NCBI GenBank assembly: GCA_964016885.1
Contig: OZ024764.1
Location: forward strand, 27,776,001 to 27,840,000
From: Eledone cirrhosa
Lineage: Eukaryota
Length of the DNA stretch: 64,000 nt
Direction of reading: 5' to 3'
Shown here: positions 13,240 through 25,472 of the stretch, one piece after another
How the letters are laid out: every line of letters starts with the position of its first letter
How positions within the stretch are numbered: the stretch's first letter is position 1
Program-made: the position numbers and the translations under genes
The notes under the pieces: generated by a model
What the model saw: only the letters and a program-made list of their open reading frames with translations
What the model was told of the DNA's origin: nothing
Database searches by the model: none

Positions 13240-13480
13240 CAAACCTAGGCTCCACACCCCGCAACGCAGAGGAGAGTAAGATAGTACTGAGGCCTGACTC
13301 ACCTCTTCCACTCCATTGAGACCTCTGCCATACTTGGTCCCCCTACTGCTGATTTCCTCCATAAAGTCGGGAGGAAAGACGGCAGGAGCCTCGTGAGGAG
13401 GGGCAACTATTGTAGCAGGTGTCTCTGGCCTTGTTCCGAGGTAACGCTTTTACGTTTCTTCCACGTGTTGCGGCTGAGGG
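13240..13480 (+). pseudogene. CRE-like non-LTR retrotransposon 3' fragment, family a (copies near 39520, 42205, 44870, 57420, 59910)
   Basis: Manual translation gives IETSAILGPPTADFLHKVGRK...QVSLALFRGNA, matching the E..G.LG / SLA..RGNA end of the CRE restriction-like endonuclease region. It is frameshifted. Confidence 0.65.
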
Positions 13481-13829
13481 ACCACTTAGACTGGGGTGAA
13501 GTGTCTGTCCCTCCCCCGACTTCTTACTTCCTTTTTTTTCTCCTTTTCAATTTCTTTTCTCTTCTTGCTTATCTCTGCTATACCACGGCATCAAAAAGAT
13601 ATATGATATATGTATGTATGGTATAGGTGTATTTATATTTAGGATAGTTATCAAAGGTAAATAGACTGGTTGGAGTAATAACAGTCTTGTTTATGTATAT
13701 ACACACATATATACATATATATATATATATATATATGTTTGTTCTTGTATTTCTATAGAAAAGGTAAAGAAAAGAAGAGTGCTCTATGTATTGTACAGAG
13801 CTATTTAATTACATAATAAACAACAGAAT

Positions 13830-16108
13830 GGAAAACATTCAGACAGAGAAGAATGGATAATGAGCGTTGTAAGAGAAATTGGCCAACAATTAATATTAAT
13901 GGAAATGTAGAAGAATTTCATATTAGTGATATGAATGTTTCGTGTGATCACTGTGGAGCTTTGAAATTTAGAAATGAAAATTGTAACTGTTGTAATAAAG
14001 GAAAGGTTGTGTTGCCACCATTGCAAATATACCCTGAGAGACTGAGAAATCTCTTTGAAAGAGGCCAGGAAGCAGTTGATTTCACAGAAACATCTGCAAT
14101 TAAAACTACATTTATTTCACTTCATTTGGTGTTACCACCCGGCAGAGGCCCGTATAGCTTTCATATTCAGGGTCAAACATATCAATACACCCCCATCTCT
14201 GTAACCTGCAGAAAATACACCACAATATGGCCAGTTATATATTATTGATGGGAATGAAAGTGTGTAGCACAGATTGGAAGTACAACCAAATAATTGTTTC
14301 TGGCACAAGGCCAGCAATTACTGGTACTTTATTCTATCGACCTCATAAGGATGAAAACAAAGTCAACCTTAGAGGGATTTGAACCCAGAACGTAAAGGGC
14401 CATAACCCTATGCTGCAAAGCATGGTGTCTGATGCTCTACCGATACTGCCAATCCACCGCCCTAGTACCAACAAATAATGACTGCTCACCACAAAAAATG
14501 GCTATGATAAGAGAGGTGTTGCATGAATGTTATCCATATGTCGAAGTGTACAATACAATGCATGGCATCAAACAGCAAAGTTCTAGAAGAGAAAATTGTC
14601 GTGTACAGAACTGTGAATTAAGATTTAGAAGAGGATCAGATATGAGCTGCTATAATTTACCAACTAGTAATGATAGCTGTTGTTTTGTGGGGGATTGAGG
14701 GCACACCACCTGTACAAAGAGATATTATCATCTTTCCTAAAGACCATCCTCCTCAAAAAATACCACATAATTCATGCCACTTGGACCTCATGACCGACCG
14801 ATAATGGTGAATTTTGGTGGCATAGTGACATGGAGAGGAATGCAGGACCTGTGTTTGCAATAGACTGACAATGCAGGAGTATTACATATACTGTATAGCA
14901 TATAGAGGAGGATTTAGTGCGATATATAGGGCAGGTAAATTATTTTAGCAGTATTTAGTGGATGCCTATATGAAAGTAGAGGGATGCAGGCTTCAATATT
15001 TGAGGAACAATCAAGCCCAATTGTGAGTGGATGAGTATAATGGTTTAATGAATTATCTAAACAGATGATAACACTGAGCCTTAAAAAATGAAGACAAGAT
15101 ATGAAACAGAGAAGACATTGACAGAATCGTGTCAGCAGAAATACCTGCATTGGAAGATGATCCAGTACTACATGAGCAGGTTTAAAAGTTTATTATCCAC
15201 AGGCCATGTGGTTCTGGAAACCCTTTTCCCCCATTTATACAAAATGGATTTTTCCAAAAGAACTATCCAAAAACCTACAGAAGGGAAACATTATTGAACC
15301 TAAATGGATACCCAGAGTACAGGAGGTGCAAGACAGGAACTGCAGTGTAAATTGGATGACATTCAGTAGATAACAGGAATGTTGTGCCACTTAATGCCTT
15401 TTTGCTTAAGAAATATTGTGCACATATTAATGTTGAAGTTTGCGCTTCTGTAAAATGTGTCAAGTACCTCTTTAAATATGTTACATGGGGCATGATTGTA
15501 CATCTATAGAAGTAACGAATAATGCATTACCTAATGAGGCTCAGAACCAACACAACCATGATGAAATAAGAACCTATCTTTGTTGCAGGTATGTGTCTCA
15601 GCCAGAAGCAGTGTTGTGTCTCTCAGAATTTAAGCTTCATGGTACATCACATACAGTATACAGCCTAGCCACACACCTGGAGAACAAACAGAGTTTACTT
15701 TCAAAGAGGCAATGCTTACACCTTCTGGGATGCCGCCTCACTAACTCCAATTAAAAGCAGGATCAATAATAATGCTTCTATGGAATATTTCAATCCAGAA
15801 CAGATTATTTTATTGGCACAAGATTAGAAGTAGTGGAACTGCATAAACATTTTATCGAAGCTTCTCATATCTATGGTCCTTTGATGGGCAGGTGTGTTTT
15901 GATCCGAAGACTGAAGTTAGTTCCCAGTGGTGTCAACATCCCTTTTACTTTGGAAAGACCCCAGTTTCCATTAAGACTGTCATATGCCATGACAATCAAC
16001 AAGAACCATGGTCAAATACATGATAAAGTGGGTCTGTTCCTCCCTGAGCAAGTATTTAACCCTGGACAATTGTATGTTGCTTTTTCAAGAGTTCAAAGAC
16101 AGGTGTAA
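13830..16108 (+). pseudogene. Degenerate, internally deleted Helitron Rep/helicase, copy H1
   Basis: Motifs in order: CDHCGALKF..CCNKGKVVLPPL; GRGPYSFHIQGQ; YLVDAYMKVE; IDRIVSAEIP; GYPEYRR; HINVEVC..VKYLFKYV; DEIRTYL..RYVS; PIF1 C-terminal QFPLRLSYAMTINK..GQLYVAFSRV. Many stops and frameshifts. Confidence 0.92.
14295..14463 (-). mobile_element. Octopus-type (OK/OR-like) tRNA-derived SINE inserted in the Helitron (copies ~23601, 30520, 45961, 60998)
   Basis: Minus strand reads GGCGGTGGATTGGCAGTATCGGTAG...GTTCTGGGTTCAAATCCC...TTTCATCC..GGTCGATAG..AAGTACCAGT. It is flanked by an imperfect ~16-bp TSD, AGTACAACCAAATAAT / AGTACCAACAAATAAT. Confidence 0.8.
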
Positions 16109-17883
16109 AAATTAATCCTACCAAACCCCCACCATTCCTACAACTGTTAGCTGTTAGACCACCCCCAGCACCACCCAACCTCCGTTCTAGTCCCACCGTT
16201 AGAACCAATGCTGCTTACCCTGCCTCTTTTACTAGTTCACTCCTTCGCTCGAATTTCAAAGCTGGCCCTCTACACTTGGTCGTGCTCTCTGTGTCCGCAC
16301 TAGCCGGTACCTAAACACAATAAAATGTCACCTGTGCTACCAAAACTACCACAGGAACTCTGTCGGCATCAGCAAGGCTCAAGCCGAAAGGCTTCAATAC
16401 TAGACCTGTAATCAGGGCCACTTTACCTCCGACGACCAGCTTTCTACCGATTGTGTGTTGATGGAGGGGACATGAGACCAGCAAAGTCCTAGGAGTAGAG
16501 ACTAGTAAATAATAAACGGTCCTAGCTATGTTAAGAAGACAAGAGAAATAAATATTTACCTCTTTCATGTAGGTAATATAGCGGTGTTATAAAAGTAATT
16601 ATACGACCGGTGTAACAGTCGGTATAAATGAAAGATGTAGAAATGAAAGTTGCAACAATGACATGAATAAATATACAGTAATTTAATATGAGCAAGAATA
16701 AATATTTAATGGAATTAATTAAGTGTAATTTAATAAGAAATAAGAAATAAGTAAAACAGTAAAAGAAACAATAACAAACAAAATGGAGTCACATAAAATT
16801 TGGTTTATCTTTATAAAGCTTATTTTAAACGCGATTTTCCTTTTAAATCCGTAGCTCCGCTTACTAACCTTAGGGCTGTAACGTTACATGGTTCGAATCT
16901 TACACTCTTCTCTATAGTGCCACACGAGTTATCTCCTAGTCTTTTTATATAGTTTCACTGTTTAGTGAAAGAGGGCGCTACGAACAGTTACTTATGTAGA
17001 TGGGTGGTTAGCGATTCGGCTTACAAACATTAGCATCATGACGTTACATGGGTTCGAACCCTTCCGGCGCCTCAATTTTTCAAATAGAGTTATCACCCAT
17101 GGTTCTTTAGAGTTTCATTGCTTACTCGAAAGATGGCGCGGGGATCATCTTTTACGATGAGTAGTAAGAGACAATAATACATGGAAGGAGGAGAAATAGA
17201 GAGAGATAGAAAGACGAATGTGTCACACACTCAATTCTCTCACCCTCTCTTTACTTTTATTACTCTATCTACCTCTACTTTCTCACCCTCTCTTTTTTTC
17301 TATTACACTTTCTTCCTCGTATTTCTCACCCTCTCTTTATTTCTATTACTCTATCTACCTCATATTTCTCACCTTATCTTTACTTCTTTTATTCTTTCTT
17401 CTTTGTATTTCTCACCCTCTATCTATCTCTTATTTCTCATCTCTCTTTACTTCTGACAGAGTGATAGATGTAAAGAGAAGGTGAGAAATAAGAGGTTGAT
17501 AGATTTGGCTGTTATTTTTAACATTTTCTAATCATATGAGAGAGAGAGAGAGAGTATAAGATATATAGAGAGGGGGAAATCGCCGATGTTTACGTTGAGA
17601 AAACCTTATAAAATGTTATAAATGGGTTTATAAAGAACAGAATGAGATAAACAAGACAAAGACAGATAAAATAAAATCAGCGATTTATTTATAATATTTT
17701 AATATATTTTTCCTGGTCGTCTGCTTCCATTGATAGAGAGAGGAGTGGTGGGAGGTAGCCATAACAACCGTGGTAGCAACACTGTGGTTTTTAAAGAAGT
17801 GAATACAAGAAAAACTAAACAAGCAACAAATTTAATTTACTAAAATTAGTTTAAACATCTAAATCTTAAGAATATTAAATCTC

Positions 17884-18099
17884 TTACCCCTTTAGCATTC
17901 ACATTACTCTATATATACTATTGTATTTTCACAGTAACGGCTTTATCTCACATAATATCGAATCTATGAGATTTCGATATTATTTATTTTCAGAACAATA
18001 CTTTAACATCAGTATGAGTGGTTAATTAGGGCTGGTTTGAACAGAAAGAGGTGAGAGAATTCTGGCCGGTTACAGCTGGTTTTAATGCTAAGGGGTTAA
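17884..18099. mobile_element. piggyBac-like MITE
   Basis: Ends TTACCCCTTTAGCATT and AATGCTAAGGGGTTAA, each one mismatch from a TTAACCCTTTAGCATT inverted terminus with a TTAA target. Confidence 0.75.
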
Positions 18100-18103
18100 G
18101 CCC

Positions 18104-20290
18104 TTCAAGATGTGTATGACGAGAAAGAAGCCGTTTTAGAATCGTATGACATAGATAATAACTGGAATTTCTTATGTGACAACTTACTGCAGGCTGCTGA
18201 AGACACTTGTGGCTGGAGCAGAGCTCCGACCAGACAGAGAGTGACCTGGTGGTGGGACAACACGGTAGATAAGGCCATTAGAGACAAAAGACTAGCATGG
18301 AACACTTGGATAAATGGTGGGAGTAGAGACCGATGCACAGCCGCTAAGAAAGAAGCTAGACGTCAGGTGTACTTAGCACGCAGGGAGGCTGAGAATAGGA
18401 GGGTTGCCAATGTTCTGTGACGGGAAGATCAAAGACGTGCGGTGTTCCGCATTGCAAGCCAGTGTGTCAGTGTAAATCGGGATGTTGTTGGAGATAAATG
18501 TGTCCGGAATGATGCTGGTGTACTCAGTGTCAATAATGATCAGAAAAAGGAGGCCTGGAAATGCCATTATGAGAGGCTGATGAATGTAGAGAATGAATGG
18601 GAGAGAGAGAAACTACCCACATTTGACCGAACAGAGGGACCAGCTATTGAGATTGTTGACTATAGGGTCAAAGAGGCAATTAAAGAAAGGAAAAATGGTA
18701 AGGCAGCTGGACCATCAGGGATAGTTGCTGAGATGCTGAAGGCATGAGGAGAAGTAGGTACTAAACTGGTTGCAAGCATAATCAATCAAGCTATATATGG
18801 CGGAGTCATACCCAAAGACTGGTGCAGCAGTATTCTCATAAATTGCTACAAAGGTAAAGGGGATGCTCTGGAGAGGATCAATTATAGAGGCAGAAAACTG
18901 ATGGATCAGGTTATGAAAGTGGCAGAAAGGATATTAGAGCAACTAATTAGAGAAAGAGTCAAACTAGATGAGATGCAGTTTGGTTTTGTGCCTGGGAAAA
19001 GTACAACCGATGCCCTCTTCTTAGAGAAGAATAAGCCATTATACTTAGCTTTTGTTGACCTAGAGAAAGCCTTTGATAGTGTACCCCAGTCTGTCATCTG
19101 GTGATCCCTAAGGAAACTAGGTGTTGAGGAATGGCTTGTGAGGACAGTACAAGCTTTGTACAGAGGTACTGTCTGTAAAGTGAGGGTAGGAATGGAGTTT
19201 AGTGAGGAATTCCAGATACAAGGAGGAGTCCATCAGAGTTCGGTCCTCAGCCCGCTCTTCTTCATTATAGTCCTCCAAGCCATAACAGAGGAGTTTAAGA
19301 CTAGCTGCCCATGGGAACTTCTCTATACTGACAATCTGGTTTTTATAGCAGAATCAGTAGAGGAGCTAGAGAATAAATTCTGGCTATGGAAACAGCAGTT
19401 GGAATTAAGAGGACTGAGAGTGAACCCAGCTAAAACAAAAGTGTTGATAAGTAGAAAAAAGGACAAAACTCTGATGGCCATGTTCGATATGCAGAAAAGG
19501 AACTGGCATACATTCTATAAAATGTACACAATGCAGATCTTGGGTACACACGAGATGTAGTGGGATAGCAGGCAAACTAACAGGTAGGGAAAACTACGTA
19601 TGCAGTAGATGTACAGGGAAATTTGACAGTAGAAGTTGCATTGATAGACACATTTTTCAAATGCAAGTTGGTTCTATAAAAGTGGTTGATAGCTTCAGTA
19701 CCTAGGTGATCAGATTAGTATGGGAGGGGGGGGGGGGGGGTGTTCCGAGGCCATAGTATCTAGAATAAGGACGGGCTGGAAGAAGTTTAGGGAGCTGCCT
19801 CCTCTGGTGACAAAGAGGGTTTCTCCCTGCATACAAAAGGTTGGTTGTTTGATGCCTGTGTGAGATGCACAATGTTGCATGGTAGTGAGACATGGGCAGC
19901 AACTGCAGAGGATATGCGAAGGCTGAAGAGAAATGAAGCAAGCATGCTCCATTGGATGTGCAATGTCAATGTGCGTGAAAGACCAAGCATGGACGAGTTG
20001 AGAGTGAAACTCTATAAGAAGGATAAACTGCAGTGTGCGGGAGAAAAGACTGCGTTGGTATGGCCATGCGATGCGTATGCAGGATTACCGCAGGGTGAAG
20101 AAGTGCCAAGTAATCCCAGTGGGAGGAATATGCAGTAGAGGAAGACCAAGGAAGATATGGGCAGAGGTAGTGAGAGCTGACCTCAGATCGTTGAAGCTCA
20201 GAGGAGATGATGAAGGAGAGATGCTGCGCTGAAGAGGATCTGTCCCACCCTTATAAGCAGGGAAAAGTGGATGTATAATGATGATGATAT
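18104..20290 (+). mobile_element. 5'-truncated, decayed RTE-clade LINE (reverse transcriptase pseudogene)
   Basis: TWWWDNTV, KNGKAAGPSGIVAEMLKA, MQFGFVPGKSTTDA, AFVDLEKAFDSVP, GVHQSSVLSP, LLYTDNL (YADD decayed), MLHGSETWA, RLRWYGH, RGRPRKIW, and a 3' (GAT)n tail. Multiple stops and frameshifts; no APE domain. Confidence 0.95.
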
Positions 20291-20370
20291 ATATATATGT
20301 CCCACCCTTGCAAACAAGGAAAAGCAGACGTAAAATGAAAATGATGATATATATATAGATAGATAGATAG

Positions 20371-20427
<57 letters not shown>

Positions 20428-20799
20428 CTTATACGTCATGGTGGCTACAGGTGCCAAGAGGAAGAAGCCGGACAATCCTCTGATATTTGTTTATCTTCCT
20501 TTCCTTCGTGGGCCGCGGTACCCGGGTTTGTGGCCGAAGCGACCAAGTTGAAATCGGCCACCGGTGGTTGATATCACCAGGTTAGGAAACCCTGGTTTAG
20601 TCGCTCCAGTTATTACTTCGTTAGACATAGTCAGTAATTGAAATTAAAGCCTAAAGGTGTACTAAAGCCACAAACGTTTTTCTATCTATGAATTATTAGT
20701 GGTGTAAACAGATGAATTAAAGTCAAAGCTAACAAATATATCACCAAGAAGAATATCTAAGGATTTCCAAAGTGTAAAGTCAGCTCAAGCCTGGAGACT

Positions 20800-20990
20800 T
20801 ATCAAGCAGGTGCCTGTCCCAGTTCCTCTAGCGTAAAGGGACTGAGAGTACATGACTTCCCCCTGGACATGATGTCAGTCCATCGCAGGGTTAACCCCCC
20901 ACCTATGTGAAATTAAGTTTTTGCTCAAGTAAAACAACTAACAACACGCTCCAGGAATCGAATACACATATGATCGTAAGACCACGAGCC
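20800..20990 (-). mobile_element. Decayed tRNA-derived SINE of a second family
   Basis: Minus strand has a B-box-like TTCGATTCCTGG, then TTGAGCAAAAACTTAATTTCAC and GGTTAACCCTGCGATGGACTGACATCATGTCCAGGGGG, which resemble conserved metazoan SINE central/3' segments. Confidence 0.55.
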
Positions 20991-21589
20991 TCCACTATCG
21001 AAGGATCTACCCTTCATTAAAGAATAAATTAGACTTATGCTTACATCGCCGACATAATTATGGTCGGAAAGGACATTACTGAAAATAAGGAATGAACAAC
21101 TAAAGGAAGACAGAAACGGTCCCTCCTATCTGAAATATTAAGGAAGGAATCTACACAGGAGGGCCCATCTTCCTACCAAAAGAATTATTTTAACAAGCCT
21201 ACATCCTACTGAGCCAAAGAAAGGGGCCTCATAACTAGAACATGCTTCATTTGTCCTAAATACGGAGCTGACTTTACATATAATTATATATATGTATATA
21301 TATATAGTATGTGTGTGTGTGTATGAAGATGTATGACCCCTAGCAAGCCAAACTACAGTTACTCCCCAACATGGATAGCAAATTAAAACATTACCTGTTA
21401 GAGACAAACGTGAAATGATTTGTTAGTGAACTACCGGTGTAACAGTAATTATGTTACCGGTGTAACTATTTCTGTTTACCTTATTTTTAAATCACACTCC
21501 TATATTAGTTTAGTGACCTTTCAATTCAAATAAATTCTTGATGATGATTGAACTCGCATCGGAGTAGCCCAACGCCTTGGCCTCCGCGT

Positions 21590-21960
21590 GTGTGAGCCAC
21601 ATAAATGCTCTCAACGACATAGTGAGAAGAAGCCTGGACGCAGCTGAATTTCCATCTCAACTGGAGCCAGCAGGCCTAGGCCGCGGAGATGGCAAGCACC
21701 CCGAGGGAATCACCCTCTTCCCATTCGAAGGAGGTAGATCCACAAACCCCAGCATCGCTGCCCGTCTCGCAGATGAACATAAAATAAACAAATTCCGGTG
21801 TTTGTCCTGGAGCCTCTTCTAAGCACCAGCCGCCGTCGAGACCCCGGGCCAACTTGGACCCATTACAGCCGAGCTCCTCCGCAACATCGCAGTGTCTGTG
21901 GCCCGTCTGAGGATGGAGTCCCACGAGGTTGGATGCCTGTTGCAGCAGGTGTCACTGTCC
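21590..21960 (+). pseudogene. CRE-like non-LTR retrotransposon RLE-domain fragment, family b (copies ~28509, 35431, 53344)
   Basis: HINALNDIVRRSL..PSQLEPAGLGRGDGKHPEGITLFPF matches the CRE EP.GL...DGKRPDG motif. It continues in another frame as AVETPGQLGP...LLQQVSLS. Confidence 0.8.
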
Positions 21961-22055
21961 TTACATATATATACGTAAATGTTCCCTTGACTGCTATTTC
22001 TAGCATATATTAATAGACACTTTAGAAACAGCAGCTAAAAATCAAGAAACAACAG

Positions 22056-22078
22056 TGTGTGTCTGTATATATATACAC

Positions 22079-22139
<61 letters not shown>

Positions 22140-22227
22140 AGCCAAAGACACGCACACACGCACATACACATACACACAGGTGTATGTCTGCGTGTATGTA
22201 TATATATGTGTGTGTCTTTTCGTTCTT

Positions 22228-22266
<39 letters not shown>
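22056..22266. repeat. Compound microsatellite (GA)n/(CA)n/(TG)n/(CT)n/(TA)n with imperfect fold-back symmetry (copies ~28975, 35897, 53810)
   Basis: (GA)n-AAAGACAC...GTGTCTTT-(CT)n; tract lengths differ between copies. Confidence 0.85.
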
Positions 22267-22634
22267 CAGTGATCCCCCTCGCAACCTTTAATTAAACAAA
22301 CCTGCGATGAGGCGATGATCAAAATAAACACCAAAGTGTAAACAAACAGCCCATAGGTGCTGCCGGATACACGATAACATGTGTAGACGAAGTAAAACTT
22401 TTATTACTGTAATATAAAGTAGAAACCCTTTATTTAAACAAAGCTGCGTGGCAGCGATGATCAAAACAAACTTCAAAGTGTAAACAAACCTCTCGTAGGT
22501 GCGGCCAGATACACGCTAACATGTGTATACGAAGTGTAACAGGGAGTTGGGTCGTATTATATGACTTTCAAATTGACCCCTATTATATTCAAATTATCCC
22601 CTGTGGGGCGTGCACCCCACGTTGAGAATCCCTC
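22267..22634. mobile_element. hAT-like non-autonomous element with an internal ~140-bp duplication (copies ~29186, 36148, 54059; related pieces at 27826-28007 and inverted at 37677-37955)
   Basis: Ends CAGTGATCCCC... and ...CCCCACGTTGAGAATCCCTC. The related piece at 27826 starts CAGTGGTCGCCAAACTTTT. Confidence 0.5.
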
Positions 22635-22981
22635 ATAAATAAATATATGTGAGTGTGTTGCTATGACTGCTATTTCTAGCAGGTTTACTGCAGTCCTGTA
22701 GACGCACAACAAAAACCGGAAGTGGCAGCCATTAAAAAACTTTGGCTTAAAATCAGGCAAAAGTTTTTTAACAATTTGCCAAGAAAGATAACTCTTGTCT
22801 GACTTAATCGCAAAAATCGAGGCAAAAATTTTGCGGCTGTGCAGTTTGTTTGGTGTATTTGACTGCTATTTCTAGCATGTATGGACGTATGTACGGTATA
22901 GGTGTATTTATATTTAGGATAGTTATCAAAGGTAAATAGACTGGTTGGAGTAATAACAGTCTTGTTTATGTATATACACAC

Positions 22982-23013
<32 letters not shown>

Positions 23014-23117
23014 GTTTGTTCTTGTATTTCTATAGAAAAGGTAAAGAAAAGAAGAATGCTCTATGTATTGTACAGAGCTATTTAATTACATAATAAACAA
23101 CAGAATATAATTATTCC

Positions 23118-25472
23118 ATGCAAATAGACTTAGAATGGAAAACATTCAGACAGAGAAGAATGGATAATGAGCGTCATAAGAGAAATTGGCCAACAATTAA
23201 TATTAATGGAAATCTAGAAGAATTTCATATTAGTGATATGAATGTTTCGTGTGATCACTGTGAAGCTTTGAAATTTAGAAATGAAAATTGTAACTGTTGT
23301 AATAAAGGAAAGGTTGTGTTGCCTCCATTGCAAATATACCCCGAGAGACTGAGAAATCTCTTTGAAAGAGGCCAGGAAGCAGTTGATTTCACAGAAACAT
23401 CTGCAATTAAAACTACATTTATTTCACTTCATTTGGTGTTACCACCCGGCAGAGGCCCGTATAGCTTTCATATTCAGGGTCAAACATATCACTACACCCC
23501 CACCTCTGTAACCTGCAGAAAATACACCACAATATGGCCAGTTATATATTATTGATGGGAACGAAGGTGTGTAGCACAGATTGGAAGTACAACCAAATAA
23601 TTGTTTCTGGCACAAGGCCAGCAATTACTGGTACTTTATTCTATCGACCTAATAAGGATGAAAACAAAGTCAACCTTGGAGGGATTTGAACCCAGAACGT
23701 AAAGGGCCATAACCCTATGCTGCAAAGCATGGTGTCTGACGCTCTACCGATACTGCCAATCCACCGCCCTAGTACCAACAAATAATGACTGCTCACCACA
23801 AAAAATGGCTATGATAAGAGAGGTGTTGCATGAATGTTATCCATATGTCGAAGTGTACAATACAATGCATGGCATCAAACAGCAAAGTGCAAGAAGAGAA
23901 AATTGTCGTGTACAGAACTGTGAATTAAGATTTAGAAGAGAATCAGATATGAGCTGCTATAATTTACCAACTAGTAATGATAGCTGTTGTTTTGTGGGGT
24001 TTGAGGGCAGACCACCTGTACAAAGAGATATTATCATCTTTCCTAAAGACCATTCTCCTCAGAAAATATCACATAATTCATGCCACTTGGACCTCATGAC
24101 TGACCCATAATGGTGAATTTTGGTGGCATAGTGACATGGAGAGGAATGCAGGACCTGTGTTTGCAATAGACTGACAATGCAGGAGTATTACATATACAGT
24201 ATAGCATATAGAGGAGGATTTAGTGTGATATATAGGGCAGGTAAATTATTTTAGCAGTATTTAGTGGATGCCTATATGAAAGTAGAGGGATGCAGGCTTC
24301 TATATTTGAGGAACAATCAAGCCCAATTGTGAGTGGATGAGTATAATGGTTTAATGAATTATCTAAACAGATGATAACACTGAGCCTTAAAAAATGAAGA
24401 CAAGATAAGAAACAGAGAAGACATTGACAGAATCGTGTCAGCAGAAATACCTGCATTGGAAGATGATCCAGTACTACATGAGCAGGTTTAAAAGTTTATG
24501 ATCCACAGGCCATGTGGTTCTGGAAACCCTTTTCCCCCATTTATACAAAATGGATTTTTCCAAAAGAACTATCCAAAAACCTACAGAAGGGAAACATTAT
24601 TGAACCTAAATGGATACCCAGAGTACAGGAGGTGCAAGACAGGAACTGCAGTGTAAATTGGATGACATTCAGTAGATAACAGGAATGTTGTGCCATTTAA
24701 TGCCTTTTTGATTAAGAAATATTGTGCACATATTAATGTTGAAGTTTGCGCTTCTGTAAAAAGTGTCAAGTACCTCTTTAAATATGTTACATGGGGCATG
24801 ATTGTACATCTATAGAAGTAACGAATAATGCATTACCTAATGAGGCTCAGAACCAACACAACCATGATGAAATAAGAACCTATCTTTGTTGCAGGTATGT
24901 GTCTCAGCCAGAAGCAGTGTCGTGTCTCTCGGAATTTAAGCTTCATGGTACATCACATACAGTATACAGCCTAGTCACACACCTGGAGAACAAACAGAGT
25001 TTACTTTCAAAGAGGCAATGCTCAGGTTGTGGTAGAAATGCAGGGACCCTTGCTGCCTGGTTCAAGCTAAATGAACTTGCTTACACCTTCTGGGATGCCG
25101 CCTCACAAACTCCAATTATAAGCAGGATCAATAATAATGCTTCTATGGAATATTTCAATCCAGAACAGATTATGTAATGGCACAAGATTAGAAGTAGTAG
25201 AACTGCATAAACATTTTATCAAAGCTTCTCATATCTATGGTCCTTTGATGGGCAGGTGTGTTTTGATCCCAAGACTGAAGTTATCCCCCAGTGGTGCCAA
25301 CATCCCTTTTACTTTGGAAAGACCCCAGTTTCCATTAAGACTGTCATATGCCATGACAATCAACAAGAACCATGGTCAAATACATGATAAAGTGGGTCTG
25401 TTCCTCCCTGAGCAAGTATTTAACCCTGGACAATTGTATGTTGCTTTTTCAAGAGTTCACAGACAGATGTAA
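23118..25472 (+). pseudogene. Degenerate Helitron RepHel, copy H2
   Basis: Same motif series as H1, plus TLAAWFKLNE and NRLCNGTRL. Confidence 0.92.

Noticed and set aside
16110-16540. Helitron 3' terminus (several CTAG sites)
   Set aside because: No clear GC-rich hairpin ~11 nt upstream of a CTRR/T junction could be assigned.
19723-19740. Poly-G run as a functional G-quadruplex (also C runs at ~27690 and ~34610)
   Set aside because: Homopolymer expansion inside dead repeats; the C-run length varies between copies.
23118-23555. 145-aa Helitron N-terminal ORF as a domesticated gene
   Set aside because: It is shared only among recent near-identical duplicates, appears to drift out of the RepHel frame near its end, and is followed by stops and a SINE. 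No evidence of selection.
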